Shown in pieces: positions 38,846 through 49,260 of a stretch of 64,000 nucleotides of DNA. The DNA is taken from NCBI GenBank assembly GCA_900540895.1, contig UQHV01000014.1, positions 2,856 through 66,855 on the forward strand. The letters run 5' to 3'. Position 1 is the first letter of the stretch, and the number at the start of each line of letters is the position of its first letter. This stretch comes from an uncultured Collinsella sp. (lineage in GTDB: Bacteria > Actinomycetota > Coriobacteriia > Coriobacteriales > Coriobacteriaceae). The notes beneath the pieces were generated by a model that worked only from the letters and a program-made list of their open reading frames with translations, was not told where the DNA came from and did not search any database. Position numbers and translations under genes: made by a program.

Positions 38846-40606
38846 GTGGCCGACCAGGACATCAAGATGCTCATCGAGCGCATTATGGCCGAGGCCCGGA
38901 CCCATCAGTCTGCCCGCTTCTCACATGAAGTCTACGCAGACGAGCCGATTCTCAAAACCGGCCGACAGATGCAGAATTTCCTCCCCGACCAGTACCGTAA
39001 AATGCGCGAGATATCGCGCTGGCAGGATGACCCCAAGGGCGGTGCGGGCCGCTGGCTTTCGGAAGCCGAGCTTTTTTACCGCCAGGGCCTGCTGATGGCC
39101 GACTTTGAGGACGACTGTCCCTACAACGGCACCTTTAAGTCGTACTTTCCCACCTACAACGCCATGAGCGACCGGCAGCTGCGCGGCTACTTTACCTGGC
39201 GTGCCCAAGTGCGCCGCGGAACCGTCGAGGAAACGTCTACGTCCTTTGCCTTTCTGTATCTCTATGAGCTGATTTGCGGCATTGGCGTAGATGACCCGCT
39301 CGACGGTTTTAACAAGATCAAGGCCTTTTGGGATGTCTATCGCGCCTTCGAGCCCGGCATTGATCGGTTTGCACGCGTGTGGTTGCAGGATTACGCCGTA
39401 TTCCATGGGCTCAACCCCAAGCTGCTTCGTGACTCTAAAACCGTCATGTTCGATAACGCCCTTATCGAGCTGCGGCGCGCGGCACGAGACCTTGTACCGG
39501 CACCGGCACCGTCCGACCAGACCCCCAAACGTCGCAAAACCTCCGAGCCCACGCTCCCCCTTCCGCCCGATGAGGTGCGCGAGGAGCGACTCATGGCCGC
39601 CATCAACGCCCTCTCCACGTACAACCTAAGTAACTCGCGGCTCGACCGCAGCCACCACCGCGATCTGCGCCACGCGGCATGCGCCGTGTATGTCCGCATG
39701 GCGCGCTACTATGACACGCACCGAAAGACCGGCATCGTGGCGAGTTTATTTGGGGAGGAGACGGCCATGCCCTACACCATGTTTGCCTCGGCCGTATTCT
39801 TTGCGCCCGAGCGCCACGAGGACTGCGAATATCGCCTGGATCCTATCCATATCTACCGTTGCCAAAACGGCTTTTGGGAATGCATGCGCATCCACGGTAG
39901 TAGGCAAAAGAGCAGCAAGCTCGGTGAAATGATGCGCGCCTGCGACCAACGCCTGCGCCTGGCGCTGGACCCCGCCCATCCCCTTAAGGAAGAAAAGGTC
40001 CCCAAATATCTGGCCAAAATTATCGATGACGAGATTGTGGCATGGCTTTCGTGGGACGCCGTACACCAGCCCGTCAAGATCGATATCGATCTGAGTCAGC
40101 TGGGGCACATTCGGAGCGCCGCTGCGCAAACGCGCGAAGCGCTTTTGATCGACGAAGAGCGCGAGGACGATGTGCCCACAGAGGTCGATACGGCGGAATC
40201 CGAGCAACCGGAAGCCAAGCCTGCGACCGACGTGATGGCCGAGCCGATCGCGGCGCCTACGGAGCGCAACAAAGCCGACGAGCCAACCATTTCCACCGAA
40301 CAGTTTGGCGTCGTGGCACCGCTCCTCGCACCGACGCCAGCGGTCGTATCGACTGCACCCGCTGGCACCGCAACCGAACTCGCGCCCGCCGCAGATGCCT
40401 TCCTTCGCGCGCTGCTCGAGCAAAACGCAGCGCAAGCGACATTGGCGGTAGTGCAATCGGAGCAGAGCGAGGACATGCTCGTCGACAGCATCAACGAGGC
40501 GCTCTTTGACCTGGTGGGTGACACCGTTATCGAGTTTGGAGCGGCAGGACCGCAGATCATCGAGGATTACGAAGCAGACGTGAGAGGATACCTAGACCAT
40601 GAGTGA
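38846..40606 (+). CDS. sngA: TerB-N/TerB-C domain protein (Shango SngA-like)
   Basis: YFPTY..MS..QLRGYFTWR..VR.G, FLYLYELI (TerB-N); C-terminal VDSINEALFDLVGDTVIE (TerB-C). Confidence 0.8.
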   Translation: MADQDIKMLIERIMAEARTHQSARFSHEVYADEPILKTGRQMQNFLPDQYRKMREISRWQDDPKGGAGRWLSEAELFYRQGLLMADFEDDCPYNGTFKSYFPTYNAMSDRQLRGYFTWRAQVRRGTVEETSTSFAFLYLYELICGIGVDDPLDGFNKIKAFWDVYRAFEPGIDRFARVWLQDYAVFHGLNPKLLRDSKTVMFDNALIELRRAARDLVPAPAPSDQTPKRRKTSEPTLPLPPDEVREERLMAAINALSTYNLSNSRLDRSHHRDLRHAACAVYVRMARYYDTHRKTGIVASLFGEETAMPYTMFASAVFFAPERHEDCEYRLDPIHIYRCQNGFWECMRIHGSRQKSSKLGEMMRACDQRLRLALDPAHPLKEEKVPKYLAKIIDDEIVAWLSWDAVHQPVKIDIDLSQLGHIRSAAAQTREALLIDEEREDDVPTEVDTAESEQPEAKPATDVMAEPIAAPTERNKADEPTISTEQFGVVAPLLAPTPAVVSTAPAGTATELAPAADAFLRALLEQNAAQATLAVVQSEQSEDMLVDSINEALFDLVGDTVIEFGAAGPQIIEDYEADVRGYLDHE

Positions 40607-41903
40607 TACCGCATCCACAGCACCCCGCGTGCCCAAGCGCGTCGCTGCCGTCATTCTCAACTCGCTCAAGGGCGGCGTGGTCCCGCGCATCGGCCTTCCT
40701 TACATCACCGTAGGGCGCGAGGTCGAGATCCGCGCCCTGCTCACCGATCTGAGTCTCATCGCCGACGGTGGCGCGAGCTTCCGCTTTCTGGTCGGTCGTT
40801 ACGGCGCCGGCAAGAGCTTTTTGCTCCAGACCATCCGCACGCACGCCATGGGCGAAGGATTCGTCGTCGCTGATGCCGACCTGTCGCCCGAGCGCCGCCT
40901 GCAGGGCGGTCAGGGACAGGGCCTTGCCACCTACCGCGAGCTCATCCGCAATATATCGACCAAGACGCGCCCCGAGGGCGGTGCGCTCAACCTTATTTTG
41001 GATCGCTGGGTCGCCTCGTGCGCCGACGTCGACGAGTCGGTCGTCAATGCCCAACTGGCCCCGCTCGAGGAGATGGTCCACGGCTTCGACTTCACCCGCA
41101 TGCTCCGCCGCTATCGCATGGCCGTATCCGAGGGCGATGAAGAGGCTATGAGCCGCGTGACCAAATGGATTCGCGGCGAGTACCGCACCAAGAGCGAGGC
41201 TCGCGCCGAACTGGGGTCCTCAACCATCATCAGCGACGATGACTGGTACGACTACGTCAAACTCATCGCGCGTTTTTTGGTTTGCAGTGGCTACAAGGGC
41301 ATGCTGGTGCTCATCGACGAGCTCGTGAATCTGTATAAGATTCCCAACGCCATTACGCGCCAGTACAACTACGAGAAGATCCTGACCATGTACAACGACA
41401 CGCTCCAGGGCAAGGCGCAGTACCTGGGCATGATCATGGGTGGCACGCCAACCTCCATCGAGGACCGTCGCCGCGGCGTGTTCTCCTACGAGGCCCTGCG
41501 CAGCCGACTCGCTCAGGGCCGTTTTGCGCGCGAGGACCTTAAGGACATGCTCGCGCCCATCATTCGTCTGCAGCCACTCACCTATGAGGAGCTGCTGGTG
41601 CTCATCGAAAAACTCATGCAGATCCATGCCGGCTACTTTGGCTGGACGCCCACGCTTACCGAGAACGACTTGGTGGACTTTCTCAAGATTGAGTTTGGCC
41701 GCGTGGGAGCCGATACGCACTTGACGCCGCGTGAGGTCATTCGTGACTTTATCGAGCTGCTCGACATCCTATGCCAAAACCCCGACGCCAACGTGGCCGA
41801 GCTACTGCAAAGCGTCGGCGGCGACGCGCTGGCGCCGGCAACAGCAACAGGCGACACCGGCACCGCAAGCGGCGACCGCAATTTCGCCGAATTCACCATC
41901 TAA
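40599..41903 (+). CDS. sngB: DUF2791/BrxD-like P-loop ATPase (Shango SngB-like)
   Basis: SLKGGVVPRIGL, GRYGAGKSF, LSPERRL, LIDELVNL, SYEALRSRL, TPREVIRDF. Confidence 0.85.
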   Translation: MSDTASTAPRVPKRVAAVILNSLKGGVVPRIGLPYITVGREVEIRALLTDLSLIADGGASFRFLVGRYGAGKSFLLQTIRTHAMGEGFVVADADLSPERRLQGGQGQGLATYRELIRNISTKTRPEGGALNLILDRWVASCADVDESVVNAQLAPLEEMVHGFDFTRMLRRYRMAVSEGDEEAMSRVTKWIRGEYRTKSEARAELGSSTIISDDDWYDYVKLIARFLVCSGYKGMLVLIDELVNLYKIPNAITRQYNYEKILTMYNDTLQGKAQYLGMIMGGTPTSIEDRRRGVFSYEALRSRLAQGRFAREDLKDMLAPIIRLQPLTYEELLVLIEKLMQIHAGYFGWTPTLTENDLVDFLKIEFGRVGADTHLTPREVIRDFIELLDILCQNPDANVAELLQSVGGDALAPATATGDTGTASGDRNFAEFTI

Positions 41904-41936
41904 CCCGCCAAAAAGGGACAGGTTTATTTTGGCAGG
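41904..41936. repeat. Short hairpin with GGGACAGG loop (REP-like)
   Basis: CCCGCCAAAA-AGGGACAGGTTTA-TTTTGGCAGG; same core as 56007-56059 in opposite orientation. Confidence 0.55.
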
Positions 41937-42019
41937 CTTTATCTGGGCAAACGTCGAGGCAGTGATGCGGCAAGCCACTGCTCACCGCGTTAAGAGGTTC
42001 GTATTTGAGAGGAGGCCCC

Positions 42020-44464
42020 GTGAACGCCTTTGACCGCTACGCCCCGTTTATCCAAGACTTCATCTACTCCCACGATTGGGAGAGCTTGCGCTCTATCCAG
42101 GTTGCGGCAGCTGATGCCATCTTTAACACGCAAGATAATGTGCTCCTGACGGCATCCACGGCTTCCGGCAAAACCGAGGCAGCCTTCTTTCCCATCCTGA
42201 CCGAGTTTTGGGAGAACCCGCCCGCAAGCGTGGGCGCCCTCTACATTGGCCCCCTCAAGGCGCTCATCAATGACCAATTCGTCCGCCTCAACGATCTGTG
42301 CGAAGAAGCCGATATCCCTGTCTGGCACTGGCATGGCGATGTCTCGCAGTCGCACAAGGCTAAGCTCATCAAAAAACCGAGCGGCATCTTGCAGATTACG
42401 CCCGAGTCACTCGAGGCGCTCCTGATCCATAAGCACATGGCGATCCCTCGTATGTTCTGCGACCTGCGCTATGTGGTTATCGACGAAGTCCATTCGCTCA
42501 TGCGCGGCGACCGCGGCGGGCAGACGCTCTGCCTTATCGAGCGGCTCTCGCGCATGGCAGGCGTGCAGCCCCGCCGCATCGGTCTGTCGGCAACCATCGG
42601 CGACCCCGAGCGCACGGGCGCCTTCCTGTCGCAGGGGACGGGACGCAACTGCGTCATCCCCCGTTTTGAGGAGCCGCGCCGCGTGTGGCGCATCTCCATG
42701 GAGCACTTCTACAACTCGGGTCCCCAGGCGCAGCAGCGAGGATTCGAGAGCATGGGTCCTCAAGAGGCCGAAGTGCTTGCGTGCGAGCGCATTGAGGCAG
42801 TGACACCCGCGGCGCTGCCCGCATCCGGACAAGACATGCGCCACAGCGGACAGCTCACACAGGCGGAACGTCGTCAACGTCGCGAGCAGGCGCGGGGCAA
42901 GGACGCTCCCAAAGACCGTCGCACTTCCTCGGCCCCCGAGGGCGAAGTCGACATCCCACGAGCGACCGAGCAGGCGCTTCTCAGCCCCACCGACACAGCG
43001 CCAGACAACGCCGACCCCGGCATGGGCTATATCTTCGAACACACCCGCGGCCGCAAGTGCTTGGTCTTTGCCAACTCGCGCGAGGAGGCAGAGGCCGTGT
43101 GCTCCATGCTGCGCAGCTACTGCGAAAGTCGACACGAGCCCGACCGCTTTCTAATCCATCACGGCAACCTTTCGGCATCGCTGCGCGAGACGGCCGAGGA
43201 GCTCATGCGCGACGAGGAGCAGGCGCAGACAACCGTCACCACCTCTACGCTGGAGCTCGGTATCGATATCGGCCGCCTGGAGCGCGCCTTCCAGATTGAC
43301 GCGCCGTTTACCGTCAGCTCCTTTTTGCAGCGCATGGGGCGCACGGGACGCCGCGACCTTCCGCCCGAGATGTGGTTTGTCATGCGCGAGGAAGAACCCG
43401 AGCCGCGCACGATGATGCCCGAAACCATTCCCTGGAAGCTCCTGCAGGGTATCGCGCTCGTACAACTCTATCGCGAGGAAAAGTGGGTCGAGCCGCCCGA
43501 GCTCGATCGACTCCCCTACAGCCTGCTCTATCACCAGACTATGTCGACCCTCGCCAGCACCGGCGAGCTCACGCCGGCCGAACTTGCCCAGCGTGTGCTC
43601 ACGCTCAGCTATTTCCACCGTATCTCGGCAGACGATTACCGTGTGCTGCTACGTCACCTCATTAAGATCGACCATATCCAGGTCACCGAAGGTGGCGGGC
43701 TCATCGTGGGTCTCGCGGGCGAGCGCGTCATCAACAACTTTAAGTTCTACGCCGTGTTCCAGGAAAACGAGGAGTTTACCGTCCGGAGCGAATCGGCCGA
43801 GCTGGGCACGATTGTTAATCCGCCCCCGCCCGGTGAGCGCATCGCCATCGCCGGACACTGCTGGATTGTCGAGGAAGTGGACTGGAAGCGCCACACTGTC
43901 TTTGCCACGCAGGTCAAGGGCCGGGTGCCGGCCTACTTTGGCGACTGCCCCGGCGACATCAATACACACGTACTCGAGCGCATGCGCAAGGCGCTCAACG
44001 AGCACGCGACATATCCGTACCTCATGGGTAACGCACGGGCCCGCTTGGCGCAGGCTCGCCATACGGCCGAGATTTCGGGTGCGGGAACCAAGCCACTCAT
44101 CAACCTGGGTGGCGACACCTGGGTACTCTTCCCCTGGCTGGGCAGTTACGCCTTTTTGGCACTCGAGCGCATGCTCAAGATTAAGTGTGCCGCGGAGCTG
44201 GGCCTTCGCGGACTCGACCCATCGCGCCCGTACTTTATGCAGTTTAAGATGAAGGCCGACGAGGAGACGTTCTTTGAGGTGCTCGCCGCCGAGGCCGAGA
44301 AGGACTTCAATCCCATCGAGCTCGTCTATCCCGGCGAGGTGCCTTATTTTGATCGCTACGACGAGTACGTTCCCGAGGAGCTCGTGCGCAAAGGCTTTGC
44401 CGAAGGCGTGCTCGACATCGAAGGCATGAAGCAGCGCGTTCTCGGCTGGCGCGACCACGCCTAA
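42020..44464 (+). CDS. sngC: Lhr-like DEAD/DEAH helicase (Shango SngC-like)
   Basis: TASGKTEAAF, PLKALINDQ, TPESLE, IDEVH, GLSATIG, HHG, STLELGIDIG, QRMGRTGRR; GTG 42020 after GAGGAGG. Confidence 0.87.
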   Translation: MNAFDRYAPFIQDFIYSHDWESLRSIQVAAADAIFNTQDNVLLTASTASGKTEAAFFPILTEFWENPPASVGALYIGPLKALINDQFVRLNDLCEEADIPVWHWHGDVSQSHKAKLIKKPSGILQITPESLEALLIHKHMAIPRMFCDLRYVVIDEVHSLMRGDRGGQTLCLIERLSRMAGVQPRRIGLSATIGDPERTGAFLSQGTGRNCVIPRFEEPRRVWRISMEHFYNSGPQAQQRGFESMGPQEAEVLACERIEAVTPAALPASGQDMRHSGQLTQAERRQRREQARGKDAPKDRRTSSAPEGEVDIPRATEQALLSPTDTAPDNADPGMGYIFEHTRGRKCLVFANSREEAEAVCSMLRSYCESRHEPDRFLIHHGNLSASLRETAEELMRDEEQAQTTVTTSTLELGIDIGRLERAFQIDAPFTVSSFLQRMGRTGRRDLPPEMWFVMREEEPEPRTMMPETIPWKLLQGIALVQLYREEKWVEPPELDRLPYSLLYHQTMSTLASTGELTPAELAQRVLTLSYFHRISADDYRVLLRHLIKIDHIQVTEGGGLIVGLAGERVINNFKFYAVFQENEEFTVRSESAELGTIVNPPPPGERIAIAGHCWIVEEVDWKRHTVFATQVKGRVPAYFGDCPGDINTHVLERMRKALNEHATYPYLMGNARARLAQARHTAEISGAGTKPLINLGGDTWVLFPWLGSYAFLALERMLKIKCAAELGLRGLDPSRPYFMQFKMKADEETFFEVLAAEAEKDFNPIELVYPGEVPYFDRYDEYVPEELVRKGFAEGVLDIEGMKQRVLGWRDHA

Positions 44465-44490
44465 GACCAGTCTTTTTGGGACGGGGAGAC

Positions 44491-45369
44491 CTATTTGTCG
44501 TGAAGAACGGTGCCGAGGAAGTCGGCGTCGAAGGGCACGGCTTCGGCAAAGGCGTAGTTGCCGTCGCTGGCGATGAGCAGGTAGTTCTCCTCGCCGCCGA
44601 ACTCCGCATCGCCACATGGGACCACCCAGGCGTGGGCGAATACCTCGAGTGCCGTGGCAGCGCAATCGCGCAGGAACGTCACATCGCTCCCCTCGCTTGC
44701 GCTCACGATATTGGCAACGTAGACGCCACCGACATTTAGGCTGCCCCGCACCAAACGCAACGCTTCAACCGTCGCCAGCTCGCGTACGGGCTCGGCACCG
44801 CCAAAGCAATCGCTCACGACCACGTCGTAGCGACGATGGCCCACACTCGTCACACCCAGATACGAGCGAGCCTCAGCAGTAATCACCCGCAAGCGGTCGC
44901 CCACCGTGCGCTCCAGCTCGTCCAGATAGAACCAACGGCGCGCCAGGCGCGTAATCTCTCCGTCATACTCGATGACGTCCATGCGCAAGCCCTCGTGCGA
45001 CATCAGGGCGAATTTAGGATAGGCAAACCCGCCGCCGCCCAGCATAAGCATACGGTCGATGCCGTGACCATAAGCGTCGCGCATCGCATCCTCGGACTCA
45101 AACACGTCGTCAAACGCACGATAGTACGCAAAGACGGGCTCGGCCCAACGCTCACCGACATAGCTCGCGCTTTGGTAGACGCCGCCTTGCACCAACACGC
45201 GAATCTCATCGCCGCCCTCATCGTGCACGCGTTTCACACGCGCCAACCCATTGCGGGTTCGCGCAACCTGCAGACAGGCAGCGCGAACAGCGACGGCGGC
45301 CGCACCAAGCGCCGCGGCTCCCAGAGCAACGCCGGCAACGACGCCGGCAGAAACACTTGGCTTGTTCAT
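44491..45369 (-). CDS. Spermidine synthase-like SAM-dependent methyltransferase fold
   Basis: N-terminal anchor; LGGGGFAYP, VIEYD, ARRWF, YDVVVSDCF. Confidence 0.78.
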   Translation of the reverse strand: MNKPSVSAGVVAGVALGAAALGAAAVAVRAACLQVARTRNGLARVKRVHDEGGDEIRVLVQGGVYQSASYVGERWAEPVFAYYRAFDDVFESEDAMRDAYGHGIDRMLMLGGGGFAYPKFALMSHEGLRMDVIEYDGEITRLARRWFYLDELERTVGDRLRVITAEARSYLGVTSVGHRRYDVVVSDCFGGAEPVRELATVEALRLVRGSLNVGGVYVANIVSASEGSDVTFLRDCAATALEVFAHAWVVPCGDAEFGGEENYLLIASDGNYAFAEAVPFDADFLGTVLHDK

Positions 45370-47277
45370 CTAGAGCTCCTTTTGCAGATAGAGTCCATGG
45401 TCGTAAAAACCCAAATGGCGATAGTACTCGCGTGTGCCAATCGCGCTGATCACGTTGATGCGCGCATAGCCCGCGTCCCGAGCAATATGGCACGCACGCT
45501 CTACGAGCAAACGCCCCAATCCATGGTGCTGGGCTGCCTGGCCTTGATCTCCCACGCGCGCCGCCATGCCATACACGTGCACCTCGCGAATCATCGCCTC
45601 GTCCGGTGTCGTCGGCAACTCATCCGCATGCGCGGCAACAAAAGCACGATCGGGCAGAGACAGACGCAAAAAGCCCGCGATCTTGCCCTGCGGCGTCACC
45701 CACTGCAAAAAGCGCTCGTGCGTCACCGGCGTCTCGTACGCCACTTCCTCGTCAAGGGTCAGCTCATGCAAGTCGGCGCCCGCCGTGCTAATCTCGCGAT
45801 AGCGAATCTCACGCACTGTCGCGCCTTCCCCACGAGCCGACAAGCGGTTTTCAACGAGCTGACGCAGGTTGGGCTTCTTGTTGCCCACCATGATGTCGTC
45901 GGAGCTAAAGTCGCGGATCATGCGACTGATGCGGCAGAACGCCGGCGTCACCACGATGTCGTCGGCCAACACATCGAGCAGCTCTTCCTCGGTATAGGGA
46001 CGCCACTCGCCGCGCTCATAGCAGCCCACCAGACGCGAGCCCTCGATGAGCGCGCACGGGTAGACCTTGACCTCGTCGGGCATAAAGGCCCCTTCGGTCA
46101 TAAAGCGCTCGTAGTCGCGCTTGTCCCCCTCGGGTGTGGCGCCCAATAAGTTGAGCATAAAATGCGCATGGATCTTAAAGCCAAAGAGGCGCGCAAGCGA
46201 AAACGCCTGCTCGATCTGAGCCACCGAAATGCGACGCTCGTTGATATCGAGCAAATGCTGGTCGAGGCTCTGGATGCCCATCTGAATCTTGGTGCAGCCC
46301 AGACGACGAATGAGCGTGAGCGCCTGTGGCGTCACGGCATCGGGGCGGGTCTCGATAACGAGCCCCACCACGCGATGCTTCGCCGTCTCGTTGATGCGCT
46401 GCTGACGCTCAAGCTCCTCCATCGTTTCCGTCTGCCACTCGGCAGCCTCGCCCCATGGCGTACCGGGGCCGTACAGACGACGCACTGCGCGGTTATAGCC
46501 ACCAACGACAGCATCCACACGCCCCTGCTCGTCGGCAACGCCGCTCGCAAGCTCGGCCTCGTCGGTCGCAATGCCGGCAGCCCGATAGCGCTCGCGGCGC
46601 TCTGTTACCACCGGCGGCAGGGCATCGGCGGGAGCGTCATCGAGCAGGCGCCCTGCCTCGGCACGGCTGATGCCCGGACGCGCCAACATGGGGTTTGCCG
46701 CCACACCGGCGACGGCATCGTCATTGAGCGCACGGAAAAGCTCCGACATAAACCACGTCTGATACCCTTGCGGATAGTCGCTCCAGGTACCGCCGAGCAC
46801 AATGAGCTCTATCTTGTCGGTCGCATGTCCCATCTGCGAAAGCGCGGTCAGACGAGCGCTCACCTGCAGATACGGGTCGAAGCAGTTTTGCTCCGCACGG
46901 GCGCACGCCGGCTCGGCGTGCAGATAGCTTTTGGGCATGCGCAGATCGTTGGGGCAAAACAGGCAATCGCCCGAGCATGGCCAGGGCTTGGTAATGACGG
47001 TAATGGTCGCCACGCCCGAGGCCGTTCGGCGCGGCTTCATACGCAGGACCTGCAGCAGTTGACGCTCCAGATCGGAATCGACATTCCACGCAGCCCACCG
47101 AACCGGCTCCTCACGTTTAACCCGCTGGTAGAACGGCAGCAGACGGCGCTTGGCCAAATCGCGTTTGTCGGCACCCTCACGGCGCGCCTCGGCATGTATC
47201 AGTTTGACGAGCGCTTTGTCGTCCACGGTCTCGCCGCGACGCAGAGCCTCGAGTATGTTCAAGATAATCTGTTCCAT
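45370..47277 (-). CDS. elp3: Elp3-like radical SAM/GNAT protein (tRNA U34 modification)
   Basis: RTASGV..ITV.TKPWPC, CLFCP, MPKSY, GGT, IETRPD, IREVHVYG, QHHGLG, VISAIGTREYY. Confidence 0.9.
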   Translation of the reverse strand: MEQIILNILEALRRGETVDDKALVKLIHAEARREGADKRDLAKRRLLPFYQRVKREEPVRWAAWNVDSDLERQLLQVLRMKPRRTASGVATITVITKPWPCSGDCLFCPNDLRMPKSYLHAEPACARAEQNCFDPYLQVSARLTALSQMGHATDKIELIVLGGTWSDYPQGYQTWFMSELFRALNDDAVAGVAANPMLARPGISRAEAGRLLDDAPADALPPVVTERRERYRAAGIATDEAELASGVADEQGRVDAVVGGYNRAVRRLYGPGTPWGEAAEWQTETMEELERQQRINETAKHRVVGLVIETRPDAVTPQALTLIRRLGCTKIQMGIQSLDQHLLDINERRISVAQIEQAFSLARLFGFKIHAHFMLNLLGATPEGDKRDYERFMTEGAFMPDEVKVYPCALIEGSRLVGCYERGEWRPYTEEELLDVLADDIVVTPAFCRISRMIRDFSSDDIMVGNKKPNLRQLVENRLSARGEGATVREIRYREISTAGADLHELTLDEEVAYETPVTHERFLQWVTPQGKIAGFLRLSLPDRAFVAAHADELPTTPDEAMIREVHVYGMAARVGDQGQAAQHHGLGRLLVERACHIARDAGYARINVISAIGTREYYRHLGFYDHGLYLQKEL

Positions 47278-47374
47278 GTCCCCATTGTAAAGGCAAAGGC
47301 GCCGAAGCCCGTCACGGCTCCGGCGCCTCCATCAAAGAGCATGCCTATATGTACCGATCTCCGAAAACCGCATG

Positions 47375-48274
47375 TCACTCCGGATCAAACGACATGTCGC
47401 CCGAACCGACCTCAAAACGATACGTAGCAGACTTATCGCCGTTATCGAATTCAAGATTCAAAATGGTCTCGCCGTCGTAGCCAAGCGGAAGGAAATCGCT
47501 CTCAAAGTCGCCGCTGCCCAAGGTGAGGCTCGCCTTAAAGCCCGTCGAGTTCGGAACCGTCATCTCCACATCGCCCGAGCCCACACTCACGTCCATCGAC
47601 TTCGCGGGGGCCTGGTAGAGCTCGAACGTCACATCGCCCGAACCGACCTCGGCATTCAGGGTATCGGTCACGGTGCCCGTAAACTCAACGTCTCCAGAGT
47701 CCAAAGTCAGGTTGAGGTCATGACACGCAATGCCCGCGACCGTCAGGTCACCCGATCCTACATTCGCTGTAATGCCCACCATGTTATCGGCAACTTCGCG
47801 CGGCAGTTCGACGGTAACCGTGCGGTCAATGGCGCGCTCGTCATCGCAATCGAACTGGCGAATCTTGAGCGTAGAGCCCTTGATTTCGGCCAGGTTCTGG
47901 GTTGCCGCATCGAAGGCAACGGTCCCCGTTGCCACGCGACCGCTTTCAATTACGCGCACTGGCCCGCTGGAGACGTGTTTGACCTCGACCGTGCCCGACG
48001 TCACGTCCAAGTCAAGCGATGTGAACGCGTCGGCATCAAAGGTTTCGCTCGAAAGCTGCTGAGGCTGAGCGGAATAGTTACCGCCATCCAAAAGATCGTC
48101 CTCGTCAACCGCATCGTCCATACCAGAGAAGCCGGATACAACATCGTCGAGATCCCACGGGCCATCAAAATGAATCAAAGTCCGCGAAATGCCAAAGACA
48201 AGCCCGATGATGAGCACAAACGCTCCGATGCCAACGCCCAAGCGTACCTTGGATTCATGCGAAAGCTTCATCAT
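47375..48274 (-). CDS. Membrane-anchored DUF4097 (beta-strand repeat) protein
   Basis: N-terminal TM; repeated (V)xSGD(V) units. Confidence 0.8.
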   Translation of the reverse strand: MMKLSHESKVRLGVGIGAFVLIIGLVFGISRTLIHFDGPWDLDDVVSGFSGMDDAVDEDDLLDGGNYSAQPQQLSSETFDADAFTSLDLDVTSGTVEVKHVSSGPVRVIESGRVATGTVAFDAATQNLAEIKGSTLKIRQFDCDDERAIDRTVTVELPREVADNMVGITANVGSGDLTVAGIACHDLNLTLDSGDVEFTGTVTDTLNAEVGSGDVTFELYQAPAKSMDVSVGSGDVEMTVPNSTGFKASLTLGSGDFESDFLPLGYDGETILNLEFDNGDKSATYRFEVGSGDMSFDPE

Positions 48275-48993
48275 TCATCACTCTCTTTGGCAATCGGCTC
48301 AGCGGTAGTCGCGGTAGCCACGTCAGCATCAGATTCCGCAGAAGTATCCTTCCCCTGGGCCTTGACCGCCACCGACGCCGAACCAACCTGAATATCCCCG
48401 CGCGCCCAATCGCCATCGAGCGCACGCGCCACCCAGTGATAGATGGGAATCGTAAAGAAGATCAGTGCGGCAAAGGGGCCGGCACCAAACAGGAACATCA
48501 GCAAAAAGAACAGCAGCCAGCACACGGCCCAATACGGGAACGACTGGAACGGGCCCTTCACCGGAGTCGAGCCAACCGCACCGCCACTCGTCGCCTGCGC
48601 CGTAGCGGCATTGGCGGCCTGTGCACTCCAGCTTGCCGCTTGCGCCGCCTTGGCGGCGGCATCACTCGCCTGCGTTGCCGCCTCGGTGGCACGTGCCGCC
48701 GCCTCATGGGTGCGTGCGCGCTCTGCCGCCTCGGCCTCGCGTTGGCGAGCGCGGTCCTCGTTCTCAAACTCGATATCGTCCTCAATCTCGTCGCTCGGAT
48801 TGAGCAACTCGTCCAAGCTCACGCCATAGAGTTTGGCGAGCGAGATCAGGTTCTCGGTATCGGGTGAGCTCTCCGCGCGCTCCCATTTACTGACCGCCTG
48901 GCGCGACAGCCCCAGCTTTCGCGCCAGCCCTTCTTGGCTAAAGCCTTTGCTGCGGCGAAGGTCGGCGAGCCGCTGCGCAGTTTCTACATTCAT
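48271..48993 (-). CDS. XRE-family HTH regulator with C-terminal TM segments
   Basis: SQEGLARKLGLSRQAVSKWE..ESSPD..NL..LA.LYGVSLDEL; AGGAGG before ATG 48993. Confidence 0.88.
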   Translation of the reverse strand: MNVETAQRLADLRRSKGFSQEGLARKLGLSRQAVSKWERAESSPDTENLISLAKLYGVSLDELLNPSDEIEDDIEFENEDRARQREAEAAERARTHEAAARATEAATQASDAAAKAAQAASWSAQAANAATAQATSGGAVGSTPVKGPFQSFPYWAVCWLLFFLLMFLFGAGPFAALIFFTIPIYHWVARALDGDWARGDIQVGSASVAVKAQGKDTSAESDADVATATTAEPIAKESDE

Positions 48994-49260
48994 GGTTCCT
49001 CCTATGTGATGCCAGCCGTGCCGCCGGACCGTTTTTGTTCTTAAGGCGCCTTGCACAGTTAAAAATCTATCCGCCACCGCCAAAAACATGCCACCTATTC
49101 TAGTGAGATTTTTGACAACCGGCGGTTGCGGGTGCATATGAGCTGCGGAAATGTGTCCAAACAAAGCAATGACCCGTAGCTTGGTTGTCCCCGTTGCGGC
49201 GTTAACGGTAGTATGGTCGTACTGTTAATTGCGCACCGCCAACGGAGGGAGTTCCGCGCC

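Noticed and set aside
38846..44464. BREX or tellurite-resistance annotation
   Set aside because: No pglZ, pglX, brxC or terZABCD genes in the window; the three-gene set fits Shango better.
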